Assembly: GCA_023473585.1 (NCBI GenBank)
Contig: JAMCYU010000004.1
Location: 66,033-130,032 of the forward strand
Length of the DNA: 64,000 nt
Direction of reading: 5' to 3'
Origin: Patescibacteria group bacterium
GTDB taxonomy: Bacteria; Patescibacteriota; Microgenomatia; JAMCYU01
In this document: positions 1 through 7,926 of the stretch, one piece after another
Layout of the letters: the number at the start of each line of letters is the position of its first letter
Position numbering within the stretch: the first letter of the stretch is position 1
Position numbers and translations under genes: made by a program
Notes under the pieces: model-generated
Told to the model about the DNA's origin: nothing
Database searches by the model: none
The model's input: only the letters and a program-made list of their open reading frames with translations

Positions 1-1
1 T

Positions 2-478
2 AAGCTCCGGGTCTTAACGCCAAAGTATATAGATGGAGAAGTAACTTATTATCCATTCATGGAAAAAGCACAAACTCTAGACAGGTTTTTCCAGAAACCA
101 TTTTTGCAACCGGAGATCGTAGTTGGTCAACTTCTCGAAGATCTTCGTGCTGCCCACACTTTGGGTGTTAACTATGGAGATCGTTGGCACCCAAACATAT
201 TGGTTGTTCCCAATATTGGCATAATGCATATAGATTTTGATATTGAGATATCTGGGTCATGCGCAAAAGAATTTGAGACTGCCCAAGTAGTTTATTACAC
301 AGTGCTTTCAGGTAAAAATAAGGTTATTTCTCTAATAAGTGATTTTTTAGCTTACAGATTGTGGTGCAACTCCAAACTGGTCGCACATTTCCTTGAGGCA
401 AAAATAGCCTTTTTCCAAGGGACAGATTATGGCGGGATAGAAGACTCTATTAGGGCTATTATTCAAAAGACACTCTAA
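2..478 (+). CDS. protein kinase-like fold phosphotransferase, 5'-truncated at window edge
   Basis: Frame stays open back to base 2, so the 59..478 ORF continues upstream. Motifs GDRWHPNILV and IDFD resemble a kinase catalytic loop and DFG-like motif. Confidence 0.4.
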   Translation, partial: KLRVLTPKYIDGEVTYYPFMEKAQTLDRFFQKPFLQPEIVVGQLLEDLRAAHTLGVNYGDRWHPNILVVPNIGIMHIDFDIEISGSCAKEFETAQVVYYTVLSGKNKVISLISDFLAYRLWCNSKLVAHFLEAKIAFFQGTDYGGIEDSIRAIIQKTL

Positions 479-539
479 AAAGAGTTTTGGGCAACGGAAC
501 TTGACATTGTATACCTATTAGGTATATATTCTTGGTTGT

Positions 540-1352
540 ATGTTAGCAGAAAAGAGGACTTTGGCGCTTTCATATCAGGAAATAACTCATCCCGAAATAT
601 CATCTATTCGTGTGTTCCCGACTCCTGAAGAAACAGCAAGAGGTGCAGCGGAAGAAATTGTCAGAGTGGTTCAAGCAAATCCATCCGCCGCTATAACTTA
701 TGCCACAGGAGATACGATGATTCCAGTTTATGCGCATTTGACCCAAGCGGTACAAGGAAGACAGGTCAGCTTTGCCGAAACTATAGGTTTTCACTTGGAT
801 GAGTATTATCCTACAGGACCGGAACCTGATAAGTACCCACATAGTTTTGTTAGTTATTTGAGACAACGAGTTTTTGGTCCGTTACAGATTGCAATGGCCA
901 ATGAGCTTAATGGTCTTGCTCCTGATCCCGAGGCGGAAGTGCGTCGATATGACGGTCTTCTGAGCGCTCAGCTCATTGACTTAGCAATTTTAGGGATCGG
1001 TCCATGGTCTGATACAAGACAAAGCGGTTGCCATATTGCCCTTAATGAATCGGGTACGCCGTTTAGCACTCGAACACACGTTGCCGAACTCAATGAAGTT
1101 ACGGTTTCGCGTGACAGACAAGAACGTGGTCAAGATACGCCCAGCCGGGCACTTACTCAAGGAATTGCTAATATATTAGAGGCAAAACAAATTTATCTTA
1201 TTGCTTATGGAGAGAATAAAGGCATGTCACTTCGGGAGGCCCTATATGGAGAAGTCGGTGTTCGACGACCGGCCTCCGCTCTTCGTGTGCAAGGACATAA
1301 AGTTAAAATGTTTATTGATCGGGCTGCCGCATCACAACTTAAGGAGAGTTAA
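540..1352 (+). CDS. nagB: glucosamine-6-phosphate deaminase
   Basis: 270 aa. GRQVSF...GFHLDEY, NGLAPDPEAE and GIGP...HIALNESG align to NagB motifs (GQVSF..NMDEY, NGNAPD, G.DGHIAFNEP). Confidence 0.75.
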   Translation: MLAEKRTLALSYQEITHPEISSIRVFPTPEETARGAAEEIVRVVQANPSAAITYATGDTMIPVYAHLTQAVQGRQVSFAETIGFHLDEYYPTGPEPDKYPHSFVSYLRQRVFGPLQIAMANELNGLAPDPEAEVRRYDGLLSAQLIDLAILGIGPWSDTRQSGCHIALNESGTPFSTRTHVAELNEVTVSRDRQERGQDTPSRALTQGIANILEAKQIYLIAYGENKGMSLREALYGEVGVRRPASALRVQGHKVKMFIDRAAASQLKES

Positions 1353-1363
1353 GACACGGACCA

Positions 1364-1657
1364 TTGGCCTTGGTGGAGAAAGGCACTCCTTGTCTTGTTT
1401 TTCTTCCTAACGATGAAACTTACGGCGCCAATTTGGCCGGAGCCATGGAAATGAAAGCCAGGGGCGGTTATGTCATCGGTATCTCGTATAAAAAACACGA
1501 ACTTTTCGATGATTTTCTGCCGGTTGATGACGCCAGTGAGGCAACGATTATTCCGAATATCATTACCGGTCAGACGCTTGCCTATTATCTAACCATGGAA
1601 AAAGGCCTTGATCCGGATAAACCCAGGAATTTGGCCAAAAGCGTCACCGTCAAATAA
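1364..1657 (+). pseudogene. glmS: 3' remnant of glmS (glutamine--fructose-6-phosphate aminotransferase C-terminal SIS region)
   Basis: 97 aa ending ...TLAYYLTMEKGLDPDKPRNLAKSVTVK, essentially identical in pattern to the GlmS C-terminus (..LQLLAYH..KG.DVDQPRNLAKSVTVE). No upstream in-frame start; stop 22 nt upstream in frame. Confidence 0.6.
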
Positions 1658-2095
1658 ATGATAAAGAAGATCGTCAACTTCAGCCTTACTTTCTTTATTC
1701 CTCTTTTGTATTTTTTGGGATTAATCGTGATTTTACAAACCATGAAAATAACCAATTTCCCCTTGGCGATTTTAGGATTAATAGTTACTTTTTTGGGTTT
1801 ATTTTTTTGGGGCTTGGGTTTTTATTTTTTAGGCCGGCCGTCTTTCGCGGTTTTACCGAAAGCCAAAAAACTGCAAACCAAGGGTCTTTATAAATATTTT
1901 CGCCATCCGATTTATCTTGGCATTACTTTAACTCTTTTGGGTTTATCCTTAAGCACGTCTTCGCTTTTGGGTTTTATCTACACCATAATCATTATTATCC
2001 CCTTAAATATTCTAAGAGCCAAAAGAGAAGAAAGAGTTTTAATCGCTAAATTCGGCCCAGAGTATTTAGAATATCAGGAAAAAACCCTAATTTAA
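1658..2095 (+). CDS. isoprenylcysteine carboxyl methyltransferase (ICMT)/phospholipid methyltransferase family membrane protein
   Basis: 145 aa, multiple TM segments, signature GLYKYFRHPIYLG (RHPxY motif). Confidence 0.6.
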   Translation: MIKKIVNFSLTFFIPLLYFLGLIVILQTMKITNFPLAILGLIVTFLGLFFWGLGFYFLGRPSFAVLPKAKKLQTKGLYKYFRHPIYLGITLTLLGLSLSTSSLLGFIYTIIIIIPLNILRAKREERVLIAKFGPEYLEYQEKTLI

Positions 2096-2104
2096 AATTA
2101 AGAC

Positions 2105-2133
2105 TTGACACGGTTTCTTTATTTTTATAACAT
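2105..2133 (+). promoter_or_regulatory. sigma70-like promoter for the metK leader
   Basis: TTGACA (2105-2110) followed by TATAAC/TAACAT-like -10 at 15-17 nt spacing. Confidence 0.3.
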
Positions 2134-2156
2134 CAATTTAATTGAATATTTATATC

Positions 2157-2210
2157 GAAGATAAATGAGCAAATATCTTCGATTAATTTCGCTTTGCTCA
2201 TTATCAAGAG
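2157..2210 (+). repeat. copy of dispersed 47-bp inverted-repeat module (family also at 37237-37367 and 39721-39779)
   Basis: gataaatgagcaaatatcttcgattaatttcgctttgctcattat is ~80% identical to unit gattaattcgtttcgctcattatatcaaagataaatgagtgaacttt. Arms ATAAATGAGCAAA and TTTGCTCATTAT are inverted complements. Confidence 0.5.
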
Positions 2211-2430
2211 CGGTAGGTAGTCCCTCCCAATCTTACTTTTCGCCTTATTAGATTTCTACTGCGGCTCAAAGAGCGATTTTGGAAGGGCGCGGGAACTAGC
2301 CCGTTAATCTACCCAGCAACCCGTAAAGACGGGTGCTAAATCTAGACCCCGGCGAGGGGAGAGATAGGGTTACCGCCATCAGGTAACAATCTTAACCAGA
2401 CAACTCTCTCCAGGGAGAGTTTTTTTATGT
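2197..2430 (+). ncRNA. putative SAM-I-type riboswitch in the metK 5' leader
   Basis: Immediately upstream of metK. CAUUAUCAAGAGCGG matches SAM-I P1/J1-2 consensus YUCUUAUCAAGAGNGG; CCCAGCAACC resembles CCCGGCAACC. Candidate P1 partner GAUAG lies inside GGGGAGAGAUAGGG (2351-2364), which can alternatively pair with CUCUCUCC of the terminator (antiterminator logic). Confidence 0.45.
2403..2426 (+). terminator. intrinsic terminator of riboswitch expression platform
   Basis: ACUCUC-UCCAGG-GAGAGU hairpin followed by UUUUUU, 22 nt before the metK ATG. SD AAAGGAGG lies between. Confidence 0.5.
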
Positions 2431-2448
2431 TTTAAAGGAGGTTTTTTT

Positions 2449-3555
2449 ATGACTTATCAATATTTTACTTCCGAGTCCGTAGCCGCCGGACATCCCGATA
2501 AAATTTGTGACCAGATTTCCGACAGTATTTTGGATGAGGCGATAAAAGTTGATCCCCAAAGCCGCGTCGCTTTGGAAACAATGGTGACCAAACAAAGAAT
2601 CGTTTTGGCCGGAGAGGTAACCTGTTTGGCTAAATTGGATTTTAAAAAAATTGCCAGAAAAAAGATTAAAGAGTTGGGCTACATCGATAAAATCTATCAA
2701 TTTACCGATCGATCCCCGATTTCCGTTTATATCCACAAACAATCGCCGGATATTGCCAGGGGCGTTGATGATGGTGGTGCCGGTGATCAGGGGATGATGT
2801 TCGGTTATGCCTGCAGGGAGACGCCGGAGCTGATGCCCCTGCCTATTACCTTGGCTCATCGGTTGGTGGAAAAAATGGATGAATTAAGAGAAAAAAAAGT
2901 GCTTGCCTATCTTCGGCCCGATGGTAAAAGCGAAGTTAAGGTTAAATATTTAAACGGCATCCCAAAATCTGTCGAACAAATAATTTTGGCGGTTCCCAAT
3001 CGTCCGGAAATTTCAAAAGAAAAACTGGCAAGAGATTTATTTATAAAGGTCATTAGTCCTGTACTCAAAAATTACGGTTACACGGTAACCCAAGATAAAG
3101 TGATTATTAACGGTACGGGAAGATGGGAAATCGGCGGACCGGTCTCCGATACCGGCGTCACGGGCAGAAAAATTGCGGTTGATACTTATGGCGGCATGGG
3201 AAGGCTTGGCGGCGGTTGTTTTTCCGGTAAAGATCCGACTAAGGTCGATCGTTCCGGTGCTTATGCGGCCAGGTTTATCGCTAAAAACATTGTCGCCAAA
3301 AATTTGGCTGATCGTTGTGAGGTTCAATTGGCCTACGTAATTGGCTATCAAAAACCGGTAACTTATGCGCTGGAAACCTTTGGAACCGAAAAAGTTAAAA
3401 TCAGCAAAATTAAAAAATTAAGCCTGGAAATCTTAGATCTTTCCGTATCGGGCATCGTCAATAATTTAAAATTGCGGCAGCCAATTTATGCGCAGAGCGC
3501 TTGTTACGGGCATTTTGGCCGGGATATTTTTCCTTGGGAAAAAATTGTTGTATAA
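2449..3555 (+). CDS. metK: S-adenosylmethionine synthetase
   Basis: 368 aa. N-terminus FTSESVAAGHPDKICDQISD and GGGCFSGKDPTKVDRSGAYAAR match bacterial MetK. Confidence 0.9.
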   Translation: MTYQYFTSESVAAGHPDKICDQISDSILDEAIKVDPQSRVALETMVTKQRIVLAGEVTCLAKLDFKKIARKKIKELGYIDKIYQFTDRSPISVYIHKQSPDIARGVDDGGAGDQGMMFGYACRETPELMPLPITLAHRLVEKMDELREKKVLAYLRPDGKSEVKVKYLNGIPKSVEQIILAVPNRPEISKEKLARDLFIKVISPVLKNYGYTVTQDKVIINGTGRWEIGGPVSDTGVTGRKIAVDTYGGMGRLGGGCFSGKDPTKVDRSGAYAARFIAKNIVAKNLADRCEVQLAYVIGYQKPVTYALETFGTEKVKISKIKKLSLEILDLSVSGIVNNLKLRQPIYAQSACYGHFGRDIFPWEKIVV

Positions 3556-3598
3556 TAATGAGTGAAACGAATTAATCAAAGATGAGGAGGTGATAATT

Positions 3599-3850
3599 AT
3601 GAGCGATAAAAAAATTGGCAAGATAACTCATTTTTACGATAAAATCGGAGTCGCGGTTGTTTCCTTGTTCGGAGGATTAAAGGTTGGTGACCAGATAAAA
3701 ATTTCCGGACACGATCAGGAATTTTCCCAAACTGTCTCGTCAATCCAAATAGAACACGAAAAAATTAACGAAGCCAAAAAGGGACAGATTGTCGGTTTAA
3801 AAGTCGAAAAGCCGGTTAAGGAAAGCGACGAAATTTTTAAAGTTGAATAG
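3599..3850 (+). CDS. hypothetical small protein, EF-Tu domain-2-like beta-barrel
   Basis: SD GAGGAGG at 3583-3589. GGLKVGDQIKI...IVGLKV pattern resembles the beta-barrel of translation GTPase domain II. Confidence 0.3.
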   Translation: MSDKKIGKITHFYDKIGVAVVSLFGGLKVGDQIKISGHDQEFSQTVSSIQIEHEKINEAKKGQIVGLKVEKPVKESDEIFKVE

Positions 3851-3944
3851 CTGTTTTTCCTGCTTTTTGGTCGTTTTAGGCGAAGGCCCCTCTTTTCCTC
3901 TTTTTAAGCTTGCTTATGGAAGTCAAAAAGACTAAAATCCTCTT

Positions 3945-4367
3945 ATGAAAATGGAAATTTCGGCCGGAGGTGTTATCTATACTCAAAAAGGCCCAAAAAA
4001 AATTAAAATTCTGCTTTTGCTGGATAAGAATAATCATTGGACATTCCCTAAGGGTTTAATTGAAAAGGGCGAAGAAAAGATCGAAGCGGCCAGAAGAGAA
4101 ACCAAAGAAGAGGTCGGACTGCAAAGATTAAAGATGAAGGTTGCTCTTTCGCCTATTAAATATTGGTATAAATGGAAAGAACAAATTGTCAGAAAAACCG
4201 TCTATTATTTTCTTTTTGAAGGAGACGAGACCGAAAAACTTAAACCTCAGGAAGAAGAAGGGATTAAAGAAGTCAAGTGGGTTTCTCTTGAGAAGACGTT
4301 TGAAATCATCGGTTATCCCAAAACAAACGAGCCGATTTTAAAAGAAGTTAAACAACAATTGCTTTAA
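3945..4367 (+). CDS. NUDIX hydrolase
   Basis: Nudix box GLIEKGEEKIEAARRETKEEVGL (Gx5Ex7REUxEExGU). Confidence 0.7.
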   Translation: MKMEISAGGVIYTQKGPKKIKILLLLDKNNHWTFPKGLIEKGEEKIEAARRETKEEVGLQRLKMKVALSPIKYWYKWKEQIVRKTVYYFLFEGDETEKLKPQEEEGIKEVKWVSLEKTFEIIGYPKTNEPILKEVKQQLL

Positions 4368-4372
4368 AATCT

Positions 4373-4747
4373 ATGGATTGGTTTTTTGCCTCAGACATTC
4401 AAGAGTCTATTAAAAAAATCGTGGCTTCGTTAATGATGGGTCATGTTGATCCCAAAAGAGTGATTTGTTTCCGAAGCCAGGGTTCCAAAGCTCACGCCAG
4501 GGCCAGGATTTGGAGTTTGCCGCGCGTTTGGCAAAAAGCTTTAAATCTGCCCGCCCACTACGTTTTGGAGGTTATTTCGGAAAAGTTTGATCATTTGTCC
4601 GACGATGACCAAAAGCGCATTCTTATTCATGAACTTTTGCATATTCCTAAAAACTTTTCCGGCTCGCTTCTTCTCCACCGGGGAAGAGGAAGAAGGATTG
4701 ACACGCACAAAGTAGAGCAACTTTTTCAGGAATATAAAAAAAGATGA
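4373..4747 (+). CDS. putative Zn-metallopeptidase-like protein (HExxH)
   Basis: LIHELLHIP contains HExxH; small soluble protein. Family assignment uncertain. Confidence 0.35.
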   Translation: MDWFFASDIQESIKKIVASLMMGHVDPKRVICFRSQGSKAHARARIWSLPRVWQKALNLPAHYVLEVISEKFDHLSDDDQKRILIHELLHIPKNFSGSLLLHRGRGRRIDTHKVEQLFQEYKKR

Positions 4748-5439
4748 TCACGATTCTTCACGGCGAAAATCATTTGGCTTCAAGAAACCAGCTCGAAGCT
4801 TTGAAAAAAGAACAAAAGAACGAGGAAATTCTTTCTTTGGACGGCAAAAAAATCACCCTAAATGATTTAATCCAGGCTCTTGAAGCGCCTTCATTACTAG
4901 CTTCCTCCCGACTGGTGGTTATCGAACGCTTCTTCTCTTTGAAAAAAAGCGAAGAAAAACAAAAGATGATCACCTATCTTGTCGAAAATCAAAAAAAGGT
5001 CAATTTGCTTCTTTGGGAAGATGAGGAAGTTGCCAAAACCACGCTTGCTCAATTTTCTGGCGCGAAAATCCTGCTTTTTAAGAATGAGGGCGTTATTTTT
5101 AAGTTTTTAGAATCTCTAAAACCAGGTTGCACAGAAGAAATGCTTGCCCTTCTTAAAAAAGCCTTAGATTCGGAAATTCCCGAAATAATTTTTTCTTTGC
5201 TTATCAGACAATTAAGGTTACTTTTGTTGATGACCACTGAAACAAAAGAAGAAGCAGAGGATCTTAAGCGTTTGGCAACATGGCAAAAGGAAAAATTGGC
5301 AAGGCAAGCCAAGGACTTTACCCAGAAACAATTAATAAGCTCTTACCATGAACTTTTGGAAATTGATTCTCAGCAAAAAACCGGCCAAAATGCCTTTGAT
5401 TTAAAGAAAACTCTTGAAATTTTTATCATGAACCTCTAA
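4744..5439 (+). CDS. holA: DNA polymerase III delta subunit-like (short)
   Basis: N-terminus ILHGEN..L....LDGKKITLNDLIQALEAPSLLASSRLVVIE resembles HolA (YLLYGEE...FD..E.SL.EL.EALETLPFFSDRRLVIL). ATGA overlap with the upstream gene. Confidence 0.45.
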   Translation: MITILHGENHLASRNQLEALKKEQKNEEILSLDGKKITLNDLIQALEAPSLLASSRLVVIERFFSLKKSEEKQKMITYLVENQKKVNLLLWEDEEVAKTTLAQFSGAKILLFKNEGVIFKFLESLKPGCTEEMLALLKKALDSEIPEIIFSLLIRQLRLLLLMTTETKEEAEDLKRLATWQKEKLARQAKDFTQKQLISSYHELLEIDSQQKTGQNAFDLKKTLEIFIMNL

Positions 5440-5449
5440 GATAAAAATA

Positions 5450-6835
5450 ATGGAAAAAATCGACCCTGCAATTTTTAAGGCCTATGACATCAGGGGCATT
5501 TACCCCGTCGCTTTGGACGAAGACTTGGCCTATAAAATCGGCCGCGTTTTTGCCCAAATGATTAAAAAAGAAAACCCCGGCAAAAAGATCGTCATTGTTC
5601 TGTCGCGCGATATGCGCTTATCTTCTCCTTCTTTGCACGAGCAAGTTCTCCAGGGTTTTGCCGACGAAGAGGTTGAGGTTATTGATATCGGCCTGGCCTC
5701 AACGCCGCTGTTTTATTTTGCCGTCGCGACTTTTAAAGCCGACGCCGGCATGCAGATTACCGCCTCTCATAATCCTAAAGCCTATAACGGTTTTAAAATG
5801 ACCCGCCAAAAGGCCAGTCCGGTTAACGGCGATAACGGTATTTACCAAATGCGCGACGCCATTTTATCTTCAAATTTTGAGAAATTAAATAAACCCTTAA
5901 AAGTTCAAGATCGGGAGATTCTGGCTCTTTACCTTGAGCACGCGAGACAATACGTCAAAGACAAAGGGATGACCAAAAAAATTATTATTGATTCAGCCAA
6001 TGCCATGGCCGGGATTGATTTGGCTTCATTTTTCCAAAGTTTTCCCAACATAGAAGTGACTTATCTTAACCAAAAACTTGACGGTTCTTTTCCCGCCCAT
6101 GAAGCCAACCCCTTAAAAGAAGAAACCCTAGAGACTTTGAAAAAACAGGTGCTTGAGAGAAAAGCCGATTTTGGGATCGCGACGGACGGGGATGGTGACC
6201 GATATATGTTTATTGACGAGAAGGGACAATATGTCCGGTCTGACCTTGTTAATGCTCTTCTGGCCAGAAAAACGGTTACCGAGGGCAAAGGAGAACCCAT
6301 ACTTTACGATTTAAGAAGCAGCAAGGTCGTTGCGGAGGAAGTGGAAAAATACGGCGGTAGGGCTTTAAAATGCCGGGTGGGTCACTCGTTTATTAAAAAA
6401 CAAATGCGGGAAGTTGACGCTTATTTTGCCGCCGAATTATCGGGGCACTTCTACTTGGAAGTCATGCCTGATTCCTATTTTGAGTTTCCCTTATTTGTGG
6501 TCGCGAAATTAATGGAAATTCTTGAAGAGGCAAAAAAACCATTATCGGAAATGATTAAGCCTTTGAGAAAATATTTCCACACCAATGAGTTTAATTTCAA
6601 AATTGAAGATAAAGAAAAGGCCATGGCGGCCTTTGAAAAAAAATATCAAGACGGTCAACAGTTTAAGCTGGACGGTTTATCAATCGAATACCCGAGCTGG
6701 TGGTTTAACGTCCGCATGTCTAACACGGAACCCTTATTAAGGTTTAATTTGGAAAGCGACACCGAAGAAGAAATGCAAAGAAAAAAAGAAGAAGTCAGCC
6801 AAATAATTTTATCTTTAGGCGGCGAAAAAGAGTAA
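5450..6835 (+). CDS. phosphomannomutase/phosphoglucomutase
   Basis: 461 aa. Active-site TASHNP motif; the whole protein is alpha-D-phosphohexomutase family-like. Confidence 0.75.
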   Translation: MEKIDPAIFKAYDIRGIYPVALDEDLAYKIGRVFAQMIKKENPGKKIVIVLSRDMRLSSPSLHEQVLQGFADEEVEVIDIGLASTPLFYFAVATFKADAGMQITASHNPKAYNGFKMTRQKASPVNGDNGIYQMRDAILSSNFEKLNKPLKVQDREILALYLEHARQYVKDKGMTKKIIIDSANAMAGIDLASFFQSFPNIEVTYLNQKLDGSFPAHEANPLKEETLETLKKQVLERKADFGIATDGDGDRYMFIDEKGQYVRSDLVNALLARKTVTEGKGEPILYDLRSSKVVAEEVEKYGGRALKCRVGHSFIKKQMREVDAYFAAELSGHFYLEVMPDSYFEFPLFVVAKLMEILEEAKKPLSEMIKPLRKYFHTNEFNFKIEDKEKAMAAFEKKYQDGQQFKLDGLSIEYPSWWFNVRMSNTEPLLRFNLESDTEEEMQRKKEEVSQIILSLGGEKE

Positions 6836-6841
6836 AAAACC

Positions 6842-7894
6842 ATGATTGACTTAAACGACGAAAAGTTGGTGTCAAGTCTGGATAAGGCGAGGATGCTTGA
6901 GTCCATCAGGTTGCTACCCGATCAGTGTCGTCAGGCTTGGGAAGAAACCAAAAAAATTCAAATACCCTCTTCTTATATGGCGCAAACCTCGCAAATTATC
7001 GTTTCCGGTATGGGTGGTTCCGCCCTTGGAGCCCACATTATTAAAAGTCTTTTTCACCAAGATTTATCTTTACCCGTCGAAATTATTAATGACTATCATC
7101 TGCCGGGATACGTTGATTCCCGAACCCTTCTCCTTCTTTCTTCCTACTCGGGTTCAACCGAAGAAACGCTTTCTACGGCTTTCGAGGGCCTAAAAAGACA
7201 AGCTAAAATTGTCGGGATTACCACCGGAGGTAAATTAGGCAGTTTTCTTGAGGAAAATCATTTTCCCGCTTATATTTTTAAACCTCAATTTAATCCCTGC
7301 GGCCAACCGAGAATCGGTTTAGGCTATTCTATTGTCGGCCAAATCGGTTTGTTAAGAAAAATCGGTCTCTTAAAACTAGACGAAAATGATTTTTATCAGA
7401 CGATTGACTCATTGAGCCGGGAAAGCGAAACTCTCAAGAAAGAAGCCAAAGCCATGGCGGCAAAAATACAGGATAAAATCGTTGAAGTTATTGGGGCGAG
7501 TCATTTATCCGGCAATGCCCACGTTTTGGCTAATCAATTAAATGAAAACAGCAAAAACTTCGCCGGGTTTTTCTTCTTGCCGGAGTTGAATCATCACCTG
7601 ATGGAAGGACTAAAAAATCCAAAACAGAATAAATTAATTTTTCTTTTTCTTAGGTCCTTATTTTATGATGAAAAAATTAAGTTGCGATTAAAATTAACAC
7701 AGGAAATCATTGCCAAAAACAATTTGCCGTTTTTAGAATTTGAGTCCCACGGTGAAAATAAATTGGCGGAAGTTTTTCAAACTCTGCTCTTCGGCAGTTT
7801 TTTAAGTTTCTATTTATCTATAATTTACAATCAGGATCCCTCGGTCATTCCCTGGGTTGATTATTTTAAGGAAAAACTGGCAAAAGCCTCTTGA
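6842..7894 (+). CDS. bifunctional phosphoglucose/phosphomannose isomerase (archaeal-type PGI/PMI, SIS domain)
   Basis: 350 aa. SIS motif VSGMGGSALGA and overall similarity to the PGI/PMI family. Confidence 0.55.
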   Translation: MIDLNDEKLVSSLDKARMLESIRLLPDQCRQAWEETKKIQIPSSYMAQTSQIIVSGMGGSALGAHIIKSLFHQDLSLPVEIINDYHLPGYVDSRTLLLLSSYSGSTEETLSTAFEGLKRQAKIVGITTGGKLGSFLEENHFPAYIFKPQFNPCGQPRIGLGYSIVGQIGLLRKIGLLKLDENDFYQTIDSLSRESETLKKEAKAMAAKIQDKIVEVIGASHLSGNAHVLANQLNENSKNFAGFFFLPELNHHLMEGLKNPKQNKLIFLFLRSLFYDEKIKLRLKLTQEIIAKNNLPFLEFESHGENKLAEVFQTLLFGSFLSFYLSIIYNQDPSVIPWVDYFKEKLAKAS

Positions 7895-7926
7895 ATCTTT
7901 CTCCTTTGTCTTGCTATACTGAAATT

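Noticed and set aside
600-866. Antisense ORFs nested inside well-supported genes (600..866, 2425..2859, 3037..3351, 9037..9312, 45862..46332, 53381..53719 and similar)
   Set aside because: Each lies fully within, and opposite to, a gene with strong homology evidence. No RBS or motifs.
7891-7926. ppsA alternative upstream start at 7891
   Set aside because: Homology begins at MEGKFILWFNE (ATG 7927), preceded by a -10 at the leaderless spacing. The upstream extension is not conserved-looking.
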